Origin: Amphiscolops sp. MND2022
Taxonomy: Eukaryota
Length of the DNA: 64,000 nucleotides
Assembly: GCA_964187785.1 (NCBI GenBank)
Contig: OZ076411.1
Span: 17,856,001-17,920,000, forward strand
Direction of reading: 5' to 3'
The stretch's first letter is position 1. Each line of letters begins with the position of its first letter. Under the pieces are notes generated by a model. It saw only the letters and a list, made by a program, of their open reading frames with translations, searched no databases and was not told the origin of the DNA. Shown piece by piece: positions 54,241-64,000 of the stretch. Both the position numbers and the translations under genes were made by a program.

Positions 54241-54857
54241 ATTTGGCGTCTGATCCATTCGAACTTCCGTAAAGTGGCAGAAATTCAGTTACATAGCAAT
54301 GAAATATGTTTAACATCATTTTTAGTTTGAAAAATCATGAAATAGGGAATAATTCAAAGACTACTGAGACTGGTGTCTGGGCCATTTTAGGTAGTAACAG
54401 TACCAGTGTTTCACCTGAAAATTCCATTACATATTTTCTACAACTTTTTAAATACAAGTAAAACTGCAAAGTAAAACAATATAGTAAGTGTTGGTGAAAC
54501 TGGTGTCTGACCTTATGGTGTTAACAGTGCAAGAAAATCAGTTACATTTACAAATAAACATTATTGTTAAATCTTTTTGAGTAAAACAATGCTATATAAA
54601 GTTTGCTTAGACTGCTGAGTGACTTTTTCTGAATGCTCACAGTGGGAGAATAACACTTAAATAGACACGAAACGTTCCTCATTTCTTCTGAGAATCAGAT
54701 AATTGATCATTATAAATGTTACTGAGACTGGTGTCTGACACAACTGGGTGTTAACAGTACCAGAAAGTCCGTTACATTAGCAATTGAACAGAATGCTATC
54801 ATAAGTTTCATTATAGATAATAGGGAGAAAAATTGCTAACTGCAAAGTAAAATTTCA
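54241..54857 (+). repeat. Four degenerate dispersed direct repeats with core (A)CTGGTGTCTG...GGTGTTAACAGTACCAGAAA.TC.GTTACAT
   Basis: ttggcgtctga...cagaaattcagttacat (54243-54293); actgagactggtgtctgg...ggtagtaacagtaccag (54363-54406); gaaactggtgtctgacc...ggtgttaacagtgcaagaaaatcagttacat (54496-54547); actgagactggtgtctgac...ggtgttaacagtaccagaaagtccgttacat (54721-54777). aactgcaaagtaaaa also occurs twice (~54462 and ~54838). Confidence 0.75.
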
Positions 54858-55102
54858 GTGTCATTTCAAAAACGCAAAATATGCCTATAATCAATAATCA
54901 ACTGTCCGTTGAAGAGGCTACGGCGCGAACTGGCGATAAATTGTTCCCAGTAGGATCATCTGATGTCCTAGAGGGCGCTACCACAGATCGACACTACTTC
55001 TTGTTGACGATGCTCCACGAAAAAAGTGCATAAAGACTGTCGTTTTTCAAAAGTACAAACGGCCAACGATCGAAGCACGAAAGTGCCTTCAATAGATTCA
55101 TT

Positions 55103-55693
55103 TTGTTGGGTGTACTCGGCAGCGACAAAGTTGTCGCCATTTTCACGACAAAGCAAACTGACAGTGGTCAACTGCTGCGGTATTGCAACAAACTTGTACC
55201 TGCGGCCGTGTGCCCTCTAATCCATCCGAATGTTGAGACAAATTATATGGGAACACCCTCAGAAACACCCATTATCGCTACTGTGGAGCCGTTAGTCCCA
55301 ATGAACGTCAAGGAGCTGCAAATTGTGGCCTGTCCCCGAGTAGTGTCGTCCGCGGACTTTTTACATTTTCTTATTCATACGAATCACTTACAACTGTCAA
55401 ATGTTGCTGCCGTTACGCCCGTACGCAATGGCCTATTTCGCGACGGGCAACCACGTGCCGATTGTCCCTCTTTAGAGATTGACAACAGAAAGACAGACTG
55501 GGCAATTTCTGCGGACGTCGTGTGTCCAGAGCTTTTCCAATCGGCTGTCATTAGATCGAAGCGACTGATTTCTCCATCGTGTAAAAATGCAGATCCTAAC
55601 AAAAACACTTTTGACGTCCTACATCTGGATGATTCGGTGAAAATGTGCGTCAATCAAGTGAATGCAAAGAGCGGACAGCTCTTGTTCGGGTGA
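55103..55693 (+). CDS. Hypothetical protein (up to 196 aa from TTG); no recognised domain
   Basis: 591-bp open frame with higher GC than its flanks, between the SGNH gene and the Rep/helicase gene. The start codon is uncertain. Confidence 0.4.
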   Translation: MLGVLGSDKVVAIFTTKQTDSGQLLRYCNKLVPAAVCPLIHPNVETNYMGTPSETPIIATVEPLVPMNVKELQIVACPRVVSSADFLHFLIHTNHLQLSNVAAVTPVRNGLFRDGQPRADCPSLEIDNRKTDWAISADVVCPELFQSAVIRSKRLISPSCKNADPNKNTFDVLHLDDSVKMCVNQVNAKSGQLLFG

Positions 55694-58600
55694 GTTGAAC
55701 CCACTGAGATTGCAATGGAGTCGACTAACTACGACTTCGATTTGGACATCGTCTGCATGATTCCAACAAAAATGAGTGAAGTTCTAACAAGTAAATATCA
55801 ATTTTACAGTAAACATACTTTCTATCATAAGTAGAGGTAGATCTATCATGTCTACGTTTTGCAGACTCCTTCACGAAATCTCAGTACCGGTTACCACCAG
55901 CTAGTACTCTTCAGTTACAAGTTCCTTCATCAAGTATGGCAATAAATGTCCCCGAGGATCAACAAGCAATTGGCAAATCAACCTAAATAACAATATGAAA
56001 AGTTGAATACGACTCCTGTAAACAATTGACTTCATCTCAAGCTAATGCCAACTTCTCAAAGACTTTTCCAACACCAGTACCGATTCCAGCAGGCTTTCTG
56101 TTTAAAACACTTTCTATTCGTATAAGTTCTTCAAGATTTGCTACCTGATATTGAGTTTCTCACATTTGTTTCAATAAAATTGCATTTGAAGCTGAATAAA
56201 AAGGCGCCTAATCGAAATGTTTATGCTTATGAATGTTGCATGTTCGTTATGGGTTACAAACATCATAGTTCCTGGATGTTGAATTAAGATTGTCCTTAAA
56301 ACTTCTCTCCTATTTTACCATTGATAACTGATTCCCACTGTTTTCCTAACTACGCTGAATGATTACAATCCGCAATTTTTTATTAAACTGAACATACTGC
56401 AGTGTTTGACTGAAATACGGTTCGCTCTCGTTTTACGGACATAACACTTTGCGCTTGAAGGTAAAATCCACTTGTGCGGCATATGATTAGTAATTGAATT
56501 ACTTCTACAACGCAATGATCACCTGAATTAATGTTAGTGTTTCCCAGTGCTTGTACTAACTCAAGATCAAGATTAATTGTCAAGATTTATTATCAATATA
56601 GTAACAATAGTCAAGATCTGCCGAACAAATCACATCATCATCTGACCACAGTTCAGGTTTCACTTTTTCCATAGTTTTCATTTACAGTTAGATTTTCTGG
56701 AAATGACTATGAAGTGTTGAAATCAGCAGTTTTTAAAAATCTCAAATATCAGCAATAAAACTTTTTACACCTCTAAGTTGATGTAAGATACTTATAATTT
56801 TAAAATCATCGGAAAATAAATTAGCGGTTTTTCCCTAATAGCATTGAATTTTTCAAAGGATTTTAATAGACTGCGATACACTAAACTTAATTAGTTCAGT
56901 ATTTGCTTGCTTTCCTATTTATGAAGTTAGTAAAACTATTGAAAAGTTACGAGGTTGCCCCCAGTGTTTGATGTCTTTGACTATTTTTTTGAAGTTTCCA
57001 AGCTTTGTTATGCATTTCATATTCTAGTAGGTCAGGCAGTAGACAATAACGTATTACATCGATTCCTATTAACAGTAAAAAGGCCCCAGAGGCCGAAGAC
57101 CGAAACGCTCTGGCCCTGGTAACAGAAAATGTCCCCTTTGCCAAAGATTTCTTTCTGATACGACCGATGTTTGTGGTAGATGCACTTCAGTAGAACAGGC
57201 AGACAATCATGAAACTCTTCTTACTCCCTTACCCTCCCACACTTTATCAACTAGACTTCGTACTTTATGCACTGTTCAAGAACAACACAACGGCTCTTTG
57301 TCGTTACTGCTCTCCAGCATCTACCGGCGCTCATACTGCTGACGAATGTCTGAAATGAAACGAATCACATCTTCGCCGCTTCATGTTTTATCCAAAAAAG
57401 ACTGCAAAAACACCGTTTTTGGGTGCAATATTTTATCAAATCATGACGAAACAGTATCTCTGTGTGACCAATGTTCAATTTATTGCACCAATGGTTGTAT
57501 ATCATCATGGAAAGACGTTTGGCCGTGTGTTGTGCTGGACTTCCTCTGTGGAAAATTCAATAGCTTTGCTCGGCAAACGTTTCCACAAGGTCCTACCTTT
57601 GTCCAATCTGCAACAGTATACACACCTATTGGAGGTAGTCGTCGACGATCCAAGCATTTTCGAAGATTTTACAATAAAACTTGTTGAATACAAAATTTTG
57701 GAATCTGAAAAGGAAATAGGTGTACAAAAAGCCCACAACAAATTTTGTTTTCCTAAAGTTCGCTGTCCATTTGGATGTACAGAATTTGTGGGTGAGACAG
57801 GAACTATTCTATTCCAATATCTCCTCAATAAGATGGACATGAAGTTTACCTACAAAGACACTAAATGGAAATCACGACTGAACTCTCCCAGACCAGACTG
57901 GTTACAAGAGTATAACCATAGCGACTTTTTTACAGTAGTCACATGTAACTGTAGATAGTGCCAAAGGGTTGTATATGGCTACATGTAAAATCCACAGCGA
58001 GTAAACAATTTGTTGATTCTCCAGCTAATCCAACTGGAAGGCTGCCAAGTGAGTTTCCAGACTGTTTGGGTCCAGCAACTGTGAATTACAATAGTTACAA
58101 ACCGACGAAACCGAACTATGCAACCCATACGTATTCAATGGGAATTGACAAAGGCAGTTTTGCTGGAATTAGTTCTAGCACAGTTGCAATGAAAAGAAAG
58201 TGGGATGTTGCATTTGGAAAGGACGATGTTTCGCGAGAATCTTTGTCTTGTAACAAGCGCAAGGACATCAAGTTACTCCTACAAAAACAGGTTTCAAAAG
58301 GAGAACTGTCGCAAGACCTACTCGATAGTATCAGCTCAACTGATGTTTTGCCCCATGCCGACCAAATTTTCAACTGTCTTCGGATGACTACATCAGTTCC
58401 GATGAATCAGGCTCTCGCGGAAGAAGATATAGGAAACAGGGATGCTGGCGGATTATTTTCCTGTTTTTGCTCACCTTTTCGACAACTACGGATGCCACCC
58501 TCCTGACTTGAATTTTGCAAAAATTGAACATCTTCATTTCTGGTGTTTTTTGAATCTTTTGTGTTAAAACAACTTTCCATAACGCTTTACTGGAATCAAC

Positions 58601-60072
58601 GAGTATTGCAGAAAAGTTCTTATGCGACGTTTTTTTAATGATGTTCTCTTTTGGGGCTAAGAAGCAGGCTAAACGACAACGTTCCGACTTGGAATCGGTT
58701 TTGGCTACAAGGTTCCAAATTCTTTCATCCAATGATGTGAACAATTTGAAGATAATTCTTTCCGGAATAACGTTTACTAACTGTTAAGACGTTCCACGCG
58801 AAGATGTTGAGCAAACTTGACAACCTGTTGTTCTCAGAAAGTTTTTACGTTCGTGACCAATTCTAGAGTTGCATTAAATGCATGCTGTTTACCTGATCGA
58901 GCAGTATCAAGTGATGGAATTGATACATATGAATTGAGGTCAATTACCCTTTTTGAACAAAATAATGTCAAAACGGTTGAGACACGGTGTAGAGTATTTC
59001 TGTGGGTGGTTGTACTCTAGTACCTCAACATCGCCTTCAAAAGTGGATGTTGCTGATACCGTTGAAAAGGGTCGATATCACATGAATTGGTCCTTCTGCC
59101 ATTACGAGCTGATAGATTCCATTCAATTGCGCAAACACAAGTACCAATATTTGGGGGGGGGGCAGGGAAAATTCATTTGCCAGAATCACCAAATGCCACT
59201 CACAGTTAAGTCCAAACACAACAGCAACCAATGTTCACACGAAACATCATGCAAACGAAAAGCTAAGTGGAAATGCCCGTCTGGTGATTGTCCTTCTGGA
59301 ATTGGTAAGCATTTCAAGACTTCTAGTCTTGCCAGCGACACCTTTATTGTAAAACAAAGCCAAAGTTTAACAACCAATTCTGAAGAAACAACAACCAATG
59401 AGGAAGAAACGGACACATCCACAGACTTTTCGGACCCAGAATCAGATGTGGACGATTTTTCTTTCGTCAACCACACTACTGATGCTGGTCTCACTGGTTC
59501 CACCACGGAATATACTGCTACTGATTTCAGCGATGTTGCGTGTGTCATGGACCAAAACTACAAAACATTGCCAATGCATATACTGCTAAACAGGGACTGT
59601 CATGTACTACAGACGCATCGCTTCAGAAATGATTGTAAAAACATTTCTAAGTTTTAACAAAACATTGTGGCCTCTTCGCGCGGTGAACCAATTCCTCTTG
59701 TTTATCCCGAAGGTGCGCCTTTCCAACACTGTTTTTTCACGAACAAAAAGATAGAACTATAACCGGTGCTGTACCTTCTCCTCTCTTTAGTGAGAAAGTT
59801 AAAAAAATCACAATTTTGAAGATCACAAGGTCCGCCTTGCTGAACCCCAATCTTTTACAATCAACAGATATCCGAAAAATCCAGACTTCATTTGACACTG
59901 TTTTCAACCAACAGCTAAGTTTCTCTGATAAAGGCTTGTCCTCAATCGTGGTTTTCAGGAAGTTTCAACAAAGAGAAACAAGACCAATACACCAGACAAC
60001 TTGAGACTGCAATTTGACAAAGCCGATTCCAGAGTTCACGTGAATGAACCTGCCGCTATGTTATCAGAGAAA

Positions 60073-60852
60073 CCAGCAACTTTCTTCTTGACTTTAACAT
60101 GCAACCAAAGAGAACATTTTGGAGTGAAACCAATTTTCGACGCCTTAGAAACTAAGTATGACTGAAGTAACAAAGAAGGATGGGATAAAGCCGTCCAAGC
60201 AGAAATTGTCTTCCTCACCAGAGCTTGGTATCGGTCCGCTGAGGCTCTCATGCAATATATCGAAAGTCCCCTGGAAAGCCTTTCGGTACAGTAACCAAGA
60301 TATGGTACCAGTACGAATTCCAATCAACCAAAGGAAATTTACCTCAATCCATGCCGTTATTTCGACGGAAGAAAGCCTAGAAGATTTGAAAAGAAAAGTC
60401 GTGTGTGCAAGTAATTCAGCATTTTTTGATTTCAAACTTACTTGGCGAACAGAACAATTTGATTAAAAAAGAAGACCTTCCCGATTTAATGGATCAACTG
60501 ATGCAGATCCAAACACACTGTAATTTCCGATGCCACAAAGAGACAAAAATTGATGGGTCATCAAATTGTAGAGTGCCCCGCTATCCTTTCGCAACACGGT
60601 ACAGTTGGCGAAAGATGGCATCTTTTCACAGCGAAGAAGCTCTAGAAAGGCTTTATCACTTAGATATGGCCGTACCTTCTCCAACGCGTGACAATACCTT
60701 CGAGGTTCGCCCTATACTGCAAGGAGGTAAGTTTGAGTACCACGCTTCTACTGACGAACATCTGTCCCCGTTCAACCCTCTTCTGTTTGTCGTCACAAAA
60801 TCTACAGCTTTGCGATGAGTACCTGTCAGCAAGCTACATTGCAAAGTATGCT
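60073..60852 (+). pseudogene. HUH rolling-circle Rep domain of Helitron type (disrupted)
   Basis: Motif 1 PATFFLTLTCN (60073-60105). Motif 2 YEFQSTKGNLP-[H]IHAVI (60312-60361), with a 1-bp deletion in the first His codon. Then HCNFRC and HLSPFNPLL, and motif 3 YIAKYA (60835-60852). Confidence 0.85.
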
Positions 60853-60954
60853 GCTGGAATTGAAGAGCTGACGCCAGAGTAGATCCTGTGACTTTCATTA
60901 AATTTTATTTCGACAGGCTTGAGAAATATCAAAATTGCAGGCTCGAAAGTCAGG

Positions 60955-60969
60955 CCCTAACCCTAACCC
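60955..60969 (-). repeat. Short perfect telomeric-type tract (CCCTAA)2CCC inside the RepHel gene
   Basis: caggCCCTAACCCTAACCCagg; it places two TAA stops in the otherwise protein-like frame (KVRP*P*PRETTDKK). Confidence 0.55.
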
Positions 60970-62097
60970 AGGGAAACAACTGACAAGAAAACACTTGTGC
61001 AAATCATTCCACAAGTGGAAACCATTTGGTGACCTCTAGGCTTCAATTATGTTAACAACTCTGTTGCCTTTATCCAATTGTGTACAAATGAGAAAACTGA
61101 ACGTGGATCTTTCGTCATAACGAATAGCAAGTCGGGACCGAACGCTTCATTACCTGCTCATATAAAAAAATTGCAATGCCTTCATTTCGCCAGTTTACAG
61201 AGTGGCAACTACTTATACTAAAAGACTCAGAAGAGTCTGGCTTAAGCCATTGTAAAATGCTGTTTTCAGCTGCAGGCCACCCGCCCTTTCCGTTGACAAT
61301 CCGCAAATTTATTTCACTTGGTTTGCCAGGACGCCAGTTAAAAACCCCGAAAAACTACTAACAAACGATGTACAAACCTGCAAACGGATTGATGCGTTCG
61401 GATTCGCAGTACACTTAAGACAGTACTATTTGGATGAATTCTCGTCGTAGTTGCTGAAGTAAGAGCACTGGACACAAACATCTGCATAAATTTAAGAACG
61501 ATTTTTTCTCCATTATTTTCTGCAAAACGATGTCTACTATTTGAAGACAATAGAAAGTCAAAAGGTGCAGTGTGTTACATCTAACATTGTTCCCTCTAAT
61601 CCCTTTAAGTTTTTGACTCACATTCTTTTTTACGGTCATTTTGATACTGAGATAGAACTTTTCAATCAACCAAGCATGCTTGATGTGTACAAACATTGCA
61701 ACCTCATCCCTAATAAAACAACCTACTTTCAACAAGATGTCTTTTCCTTGATAAGGAGATACGTTCTAACCGACATCTACTAGATTTGATCGACATCTAC
61801 TTTCCAGTTACGACATTTTCACAAGTTGTCAACGAAACGCTACCGTCAGTGTTACACACCCAAATTGCGGACAAAGCCCAGGAAGCATACCAAAAGTTCA
61901 ACTCCCAGAAACGTGACAGATGCAATCAAGGTTGTCTGTTCAATGCTGCTCTGGAACTTCTCCGAGGTCACCACGGTGATTTTTTAATCGCTACCCGGAT
62001 GCAATAGTTTTCGTTCAATTTTCCTTTTCCTAAAGCCCCAGGTCAATCCAACGAGTCGTTTGCTTTCCAACAGCAGGTATTTGAAAAAATTATTCGA

Positions 62098-63330
62098 ATG
62101 CTTGAGAATTTTGTTTATGGAAAAGAAGGTTTCGTCAAACATCAAATGTTCTTGGGCCGACCCGGGAGTGGAAAAACTCGTGTGTGTACAATGGTTCTGT
62201 GGAAAGCACTAGCAAGAGGTCTTAACTTCTCCATAACCTGGGTCAAAGGTGAACGTGCGCAACAATTGGGAGGCGAACATGTCCATAAAATGTTCAAATT
62301 TCCCTTAAACAAACTTCTAGTAGCTGAGGTCCTGCCAAGTCACTTTTAAAAGACGTCACTCGGTTTACTGATCTCGAACGTTTAAACGTTCTTTTCATTG
62401 ATGACATTGGTCAATTAAATGCTGAACTATTGACAGCTATGGAGGTTGTCCTCCAAAACGTTCGCAATGACAGAATACCAATGGGCGGGGTTTTCACCAT
62501 CATGACTGGTGACCCAAAACAACTGGAGACGAAAAACCTGAAGGATCACTTGTGAGCTCTCACCTAAAATGTTGACCATTTATGACTTCTATCACTTTTC
62601 CCTTTACGTACGTGCAAATCCTGGACTCTTGCGCCAAATCCTTGGCAGACTAGACAAAAGCAACATTGACTATTCTGAGGCATCTTCAATAGCCGCGTGT
62701 TGTCTATACAAGAGCAGCTGAAAATGATGCTGTTATGCAACATCGAATTTCTATTCAAAGTGATTCCACTTGTCATTCTGTTTCTGTGAAAACCCAAGAC
62801 GAAGAGAGTTCAACAGGATCATCTATTCGGCTACCAGCTACCGCCAACAACTCTAACTACATTGACAATAATTCCATTACACATAAAACTTTATTGTACA
62901 AAGGAGCTTTGTTGCGTTTCACAGACAATCTTCAACAGATCCAGGCTCGACAAGGACAGCTTTGTATTATTTTACAAGTACCGACCGAATCAGTGACTGA
63001 CCTAGAGGTCTACATCGCTCCTCCAGGATGTAGATCGGCAACATCTTTTGATGAAGCAACTTTGGTAGCTTGTGGATGGCAGAAAGCCACTGTCAGTCGA
63101 ATTTAAACGCCTGTTATCAATAACGAAAATATTTTTTTACGCCGTTTCGTTTTCCCTCTGAAAAATTACGTTGCTTCGACTATTCACAAATGTTTGGGAC
63201 ACATTCCCATGCACTGTAACCAAGATTTCGTTAGATGACAGCAACTACAAAATTTGGGAGGAACAGCTACTTGTTCTGTTAAGTCGAGTGACTAATGTAG
63301 ATGACATCACCTCTATTGGACTCAAAGACG
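62098..63330 (+). pseudogene. PIF1-family (SF1B) DNA helicase domain (disrupted)
   Basis: Walker A GRPGSGKT (62155-62178); GGEHVHKMF; Walker B LFIDD(IG) (62391-62405); PMGG...TGDPKQL (to 62525); motif V RRFVFPLKNYVASTIHKCLG (63140-63199); motif VI QLLVLLSRV (63264-63290). Confidence 0.9.
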
Positions 63331-63346
63331 AATCGGAAGAAAAACA

Positions 63347-63856
63347 TTGACTGCAGTAATTCAAAAGCAACCTTGCTGGACAGATTTCATTGACATTTTG
63401 CTCGAGAAAATAATGTCCACTTCAAATCTTCACACTTTCAACTTGACGACTACCTTGTTTGAACCCTGGAATGTTGTGTTACCGGAAGACAACACAGGAA
63501 TTGTGTACCTGCTCTTGAGCACGAAAAGTACCAAGGCTTTCCACATAGGAGAATCAATCAATCTCCACGAGAGTTTGAGGGAATACAGCTGCGGTCGGGG
63601 AACTGAAGCCACTCGCCCAATCAAAAAAAGACCTTGGGCTGTTTTAGCGTTTGCCACTGGTTTCGATACACAAAACAAACGTTTGAACGAACATCAACGC
63701 AAGGAACTCGAATCATCTATTAATTATCGTGCTGAACGTATTGGCCCCAATGTCACATCAAATGCTGTGTTTGAGCTGTTTCGGGAATGTGTAGAACGCT
63801 TTGCAGTCGCATATGGCCTAGAATTGAACGTTGTCCAATGTGGAAAAATTATCTAG
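63347..63856 (+). pseudogene. SLX1-like GIY-YIG endonuclease domain at the C-terminus of RepHel
   Basis: GIVYLLLSTKSTKAFHIGESINLHESLREYSCGRGTEATRPIKKRPWAVLAFATGF matches the SLX1-type pattern (GIY...YIG.T.N...RL..H..G.G...T...RPW....V.GF). The YIG Tyr, the Arg and the His appear substituted. It is joined to helicase motif VI through a frameshift at ~63345. Confidence 0.75.
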
Positions 63857-63886
63857 CTGTTTTGAATTAACGGATACAAGCTTTCT

Positions 63887-63920
63887 GGTTGCCAGAGTCG
63901 CGTTCCGTGACCGGGCAACC
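63887..63920 (+). other. GC-rich hairpin 30 bp after the RepHel stop codon; candidate rolling-circle terminator/subterminal hairpin
   Basis: GGTTGCC-aga-GTCGCG-ttc-CGTGAC-cg-GGCAACC: a 7-bp stem plus a 6-bp stem with one G-T pair. Confidence 0.5.
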
Positions 63921-64000
63921 CTCTACCTTCTCTATCATGTCCTTTTTCCCTGTCGTTCCATTTAACATTTGAGAGTGATGTCTGACCCAATGAAAGGGTA

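Larger units (their letters stand above)
57346..63856 (+). pseudogene. Disabled Helitron-like RepHel gene: Cys-rich N-terminus, HUH Rep, PIF1-family helicase and C-terminal GIY-YIG endonuclease
   Basis: A chain of + strand ORF fragments (57346, 57383, 57958, 58953, 59816, 60158, 60405, 60688, 61176, 61541, 61786, 62098, 62735, 63347) joined by frameshifts and stops, with Rep, helicase and nuclease motifs in the canonical order. Confidence 0.85.
1291..63920 (+). mobile_element. Putative single composite Helitron-like element: amplified left arm, SGNH gene, ORF, RepHel-GIY-YIG and 3' hairpin; ~11.4 kb if the array were a single unit
   Basis: The last unit continues without a break into the SGNH C-terminus, and all genes are co-oriented on the + strand. 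Both termini are inferred, not demonstrated. Confidence 0.45.

Noticed and set aside
62098-63330. Host (cellular) PIF1 gene
   Set aside because: It is intronless, heavily disabled and directly preceded by HUH Rep motifs, which points to a Helitron-type origin.
57505-63678. Minus-strand ORFs across the RepHel region (e.g. 58388-58744, 59186-59548, 61415-61735, 63430-63678)
   Set aside because: Antisense shadows of the + strand pseudogene, with no motifs of their own.

Overview
Eukaryotic, AT-rich DNA made entirely of repeats and transposable elements; no tRNA, rRNA or CRISPR features were recognised. It has three parts. (1) 1-1290 is an open Ty1/copia-type gag-protease-integrase(Zn) frame, cut off abruptly just after the integrase HHCC motif. 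(2) 1291-53509 is a head-to-tail array of 51 units of about 1.03 kb. Each unit has a ~255-bp degenerate TTAGG-rich 15-bp minisatellite, a ~480-bp spacer with a TTCAAGA cluster, and the 5' 95 codons of an SGNH/GDSL-hydrolase-like gene. (3) 53510-64000 is unique sequence continuing directly from the last unit. It holds the missing SGNH C-terminus with the D-x-x-H block (frameshifted), short dispersed repeats, an unknown ORF, and a heavily disabled ~6.5-kb Helitron-like gene: Cys-rich N-terminus, HUH Rep, PIF1 helicase and a C-terminal SLX1-like GIY-YIG nuclease, followed by a GC-rich hairpin. The simplest reading (inference) is one non-canonical Helitron-like element whose left ~1 kb has been amplified into a 52-kb gene-fragment satellite abutting a broken copia element.
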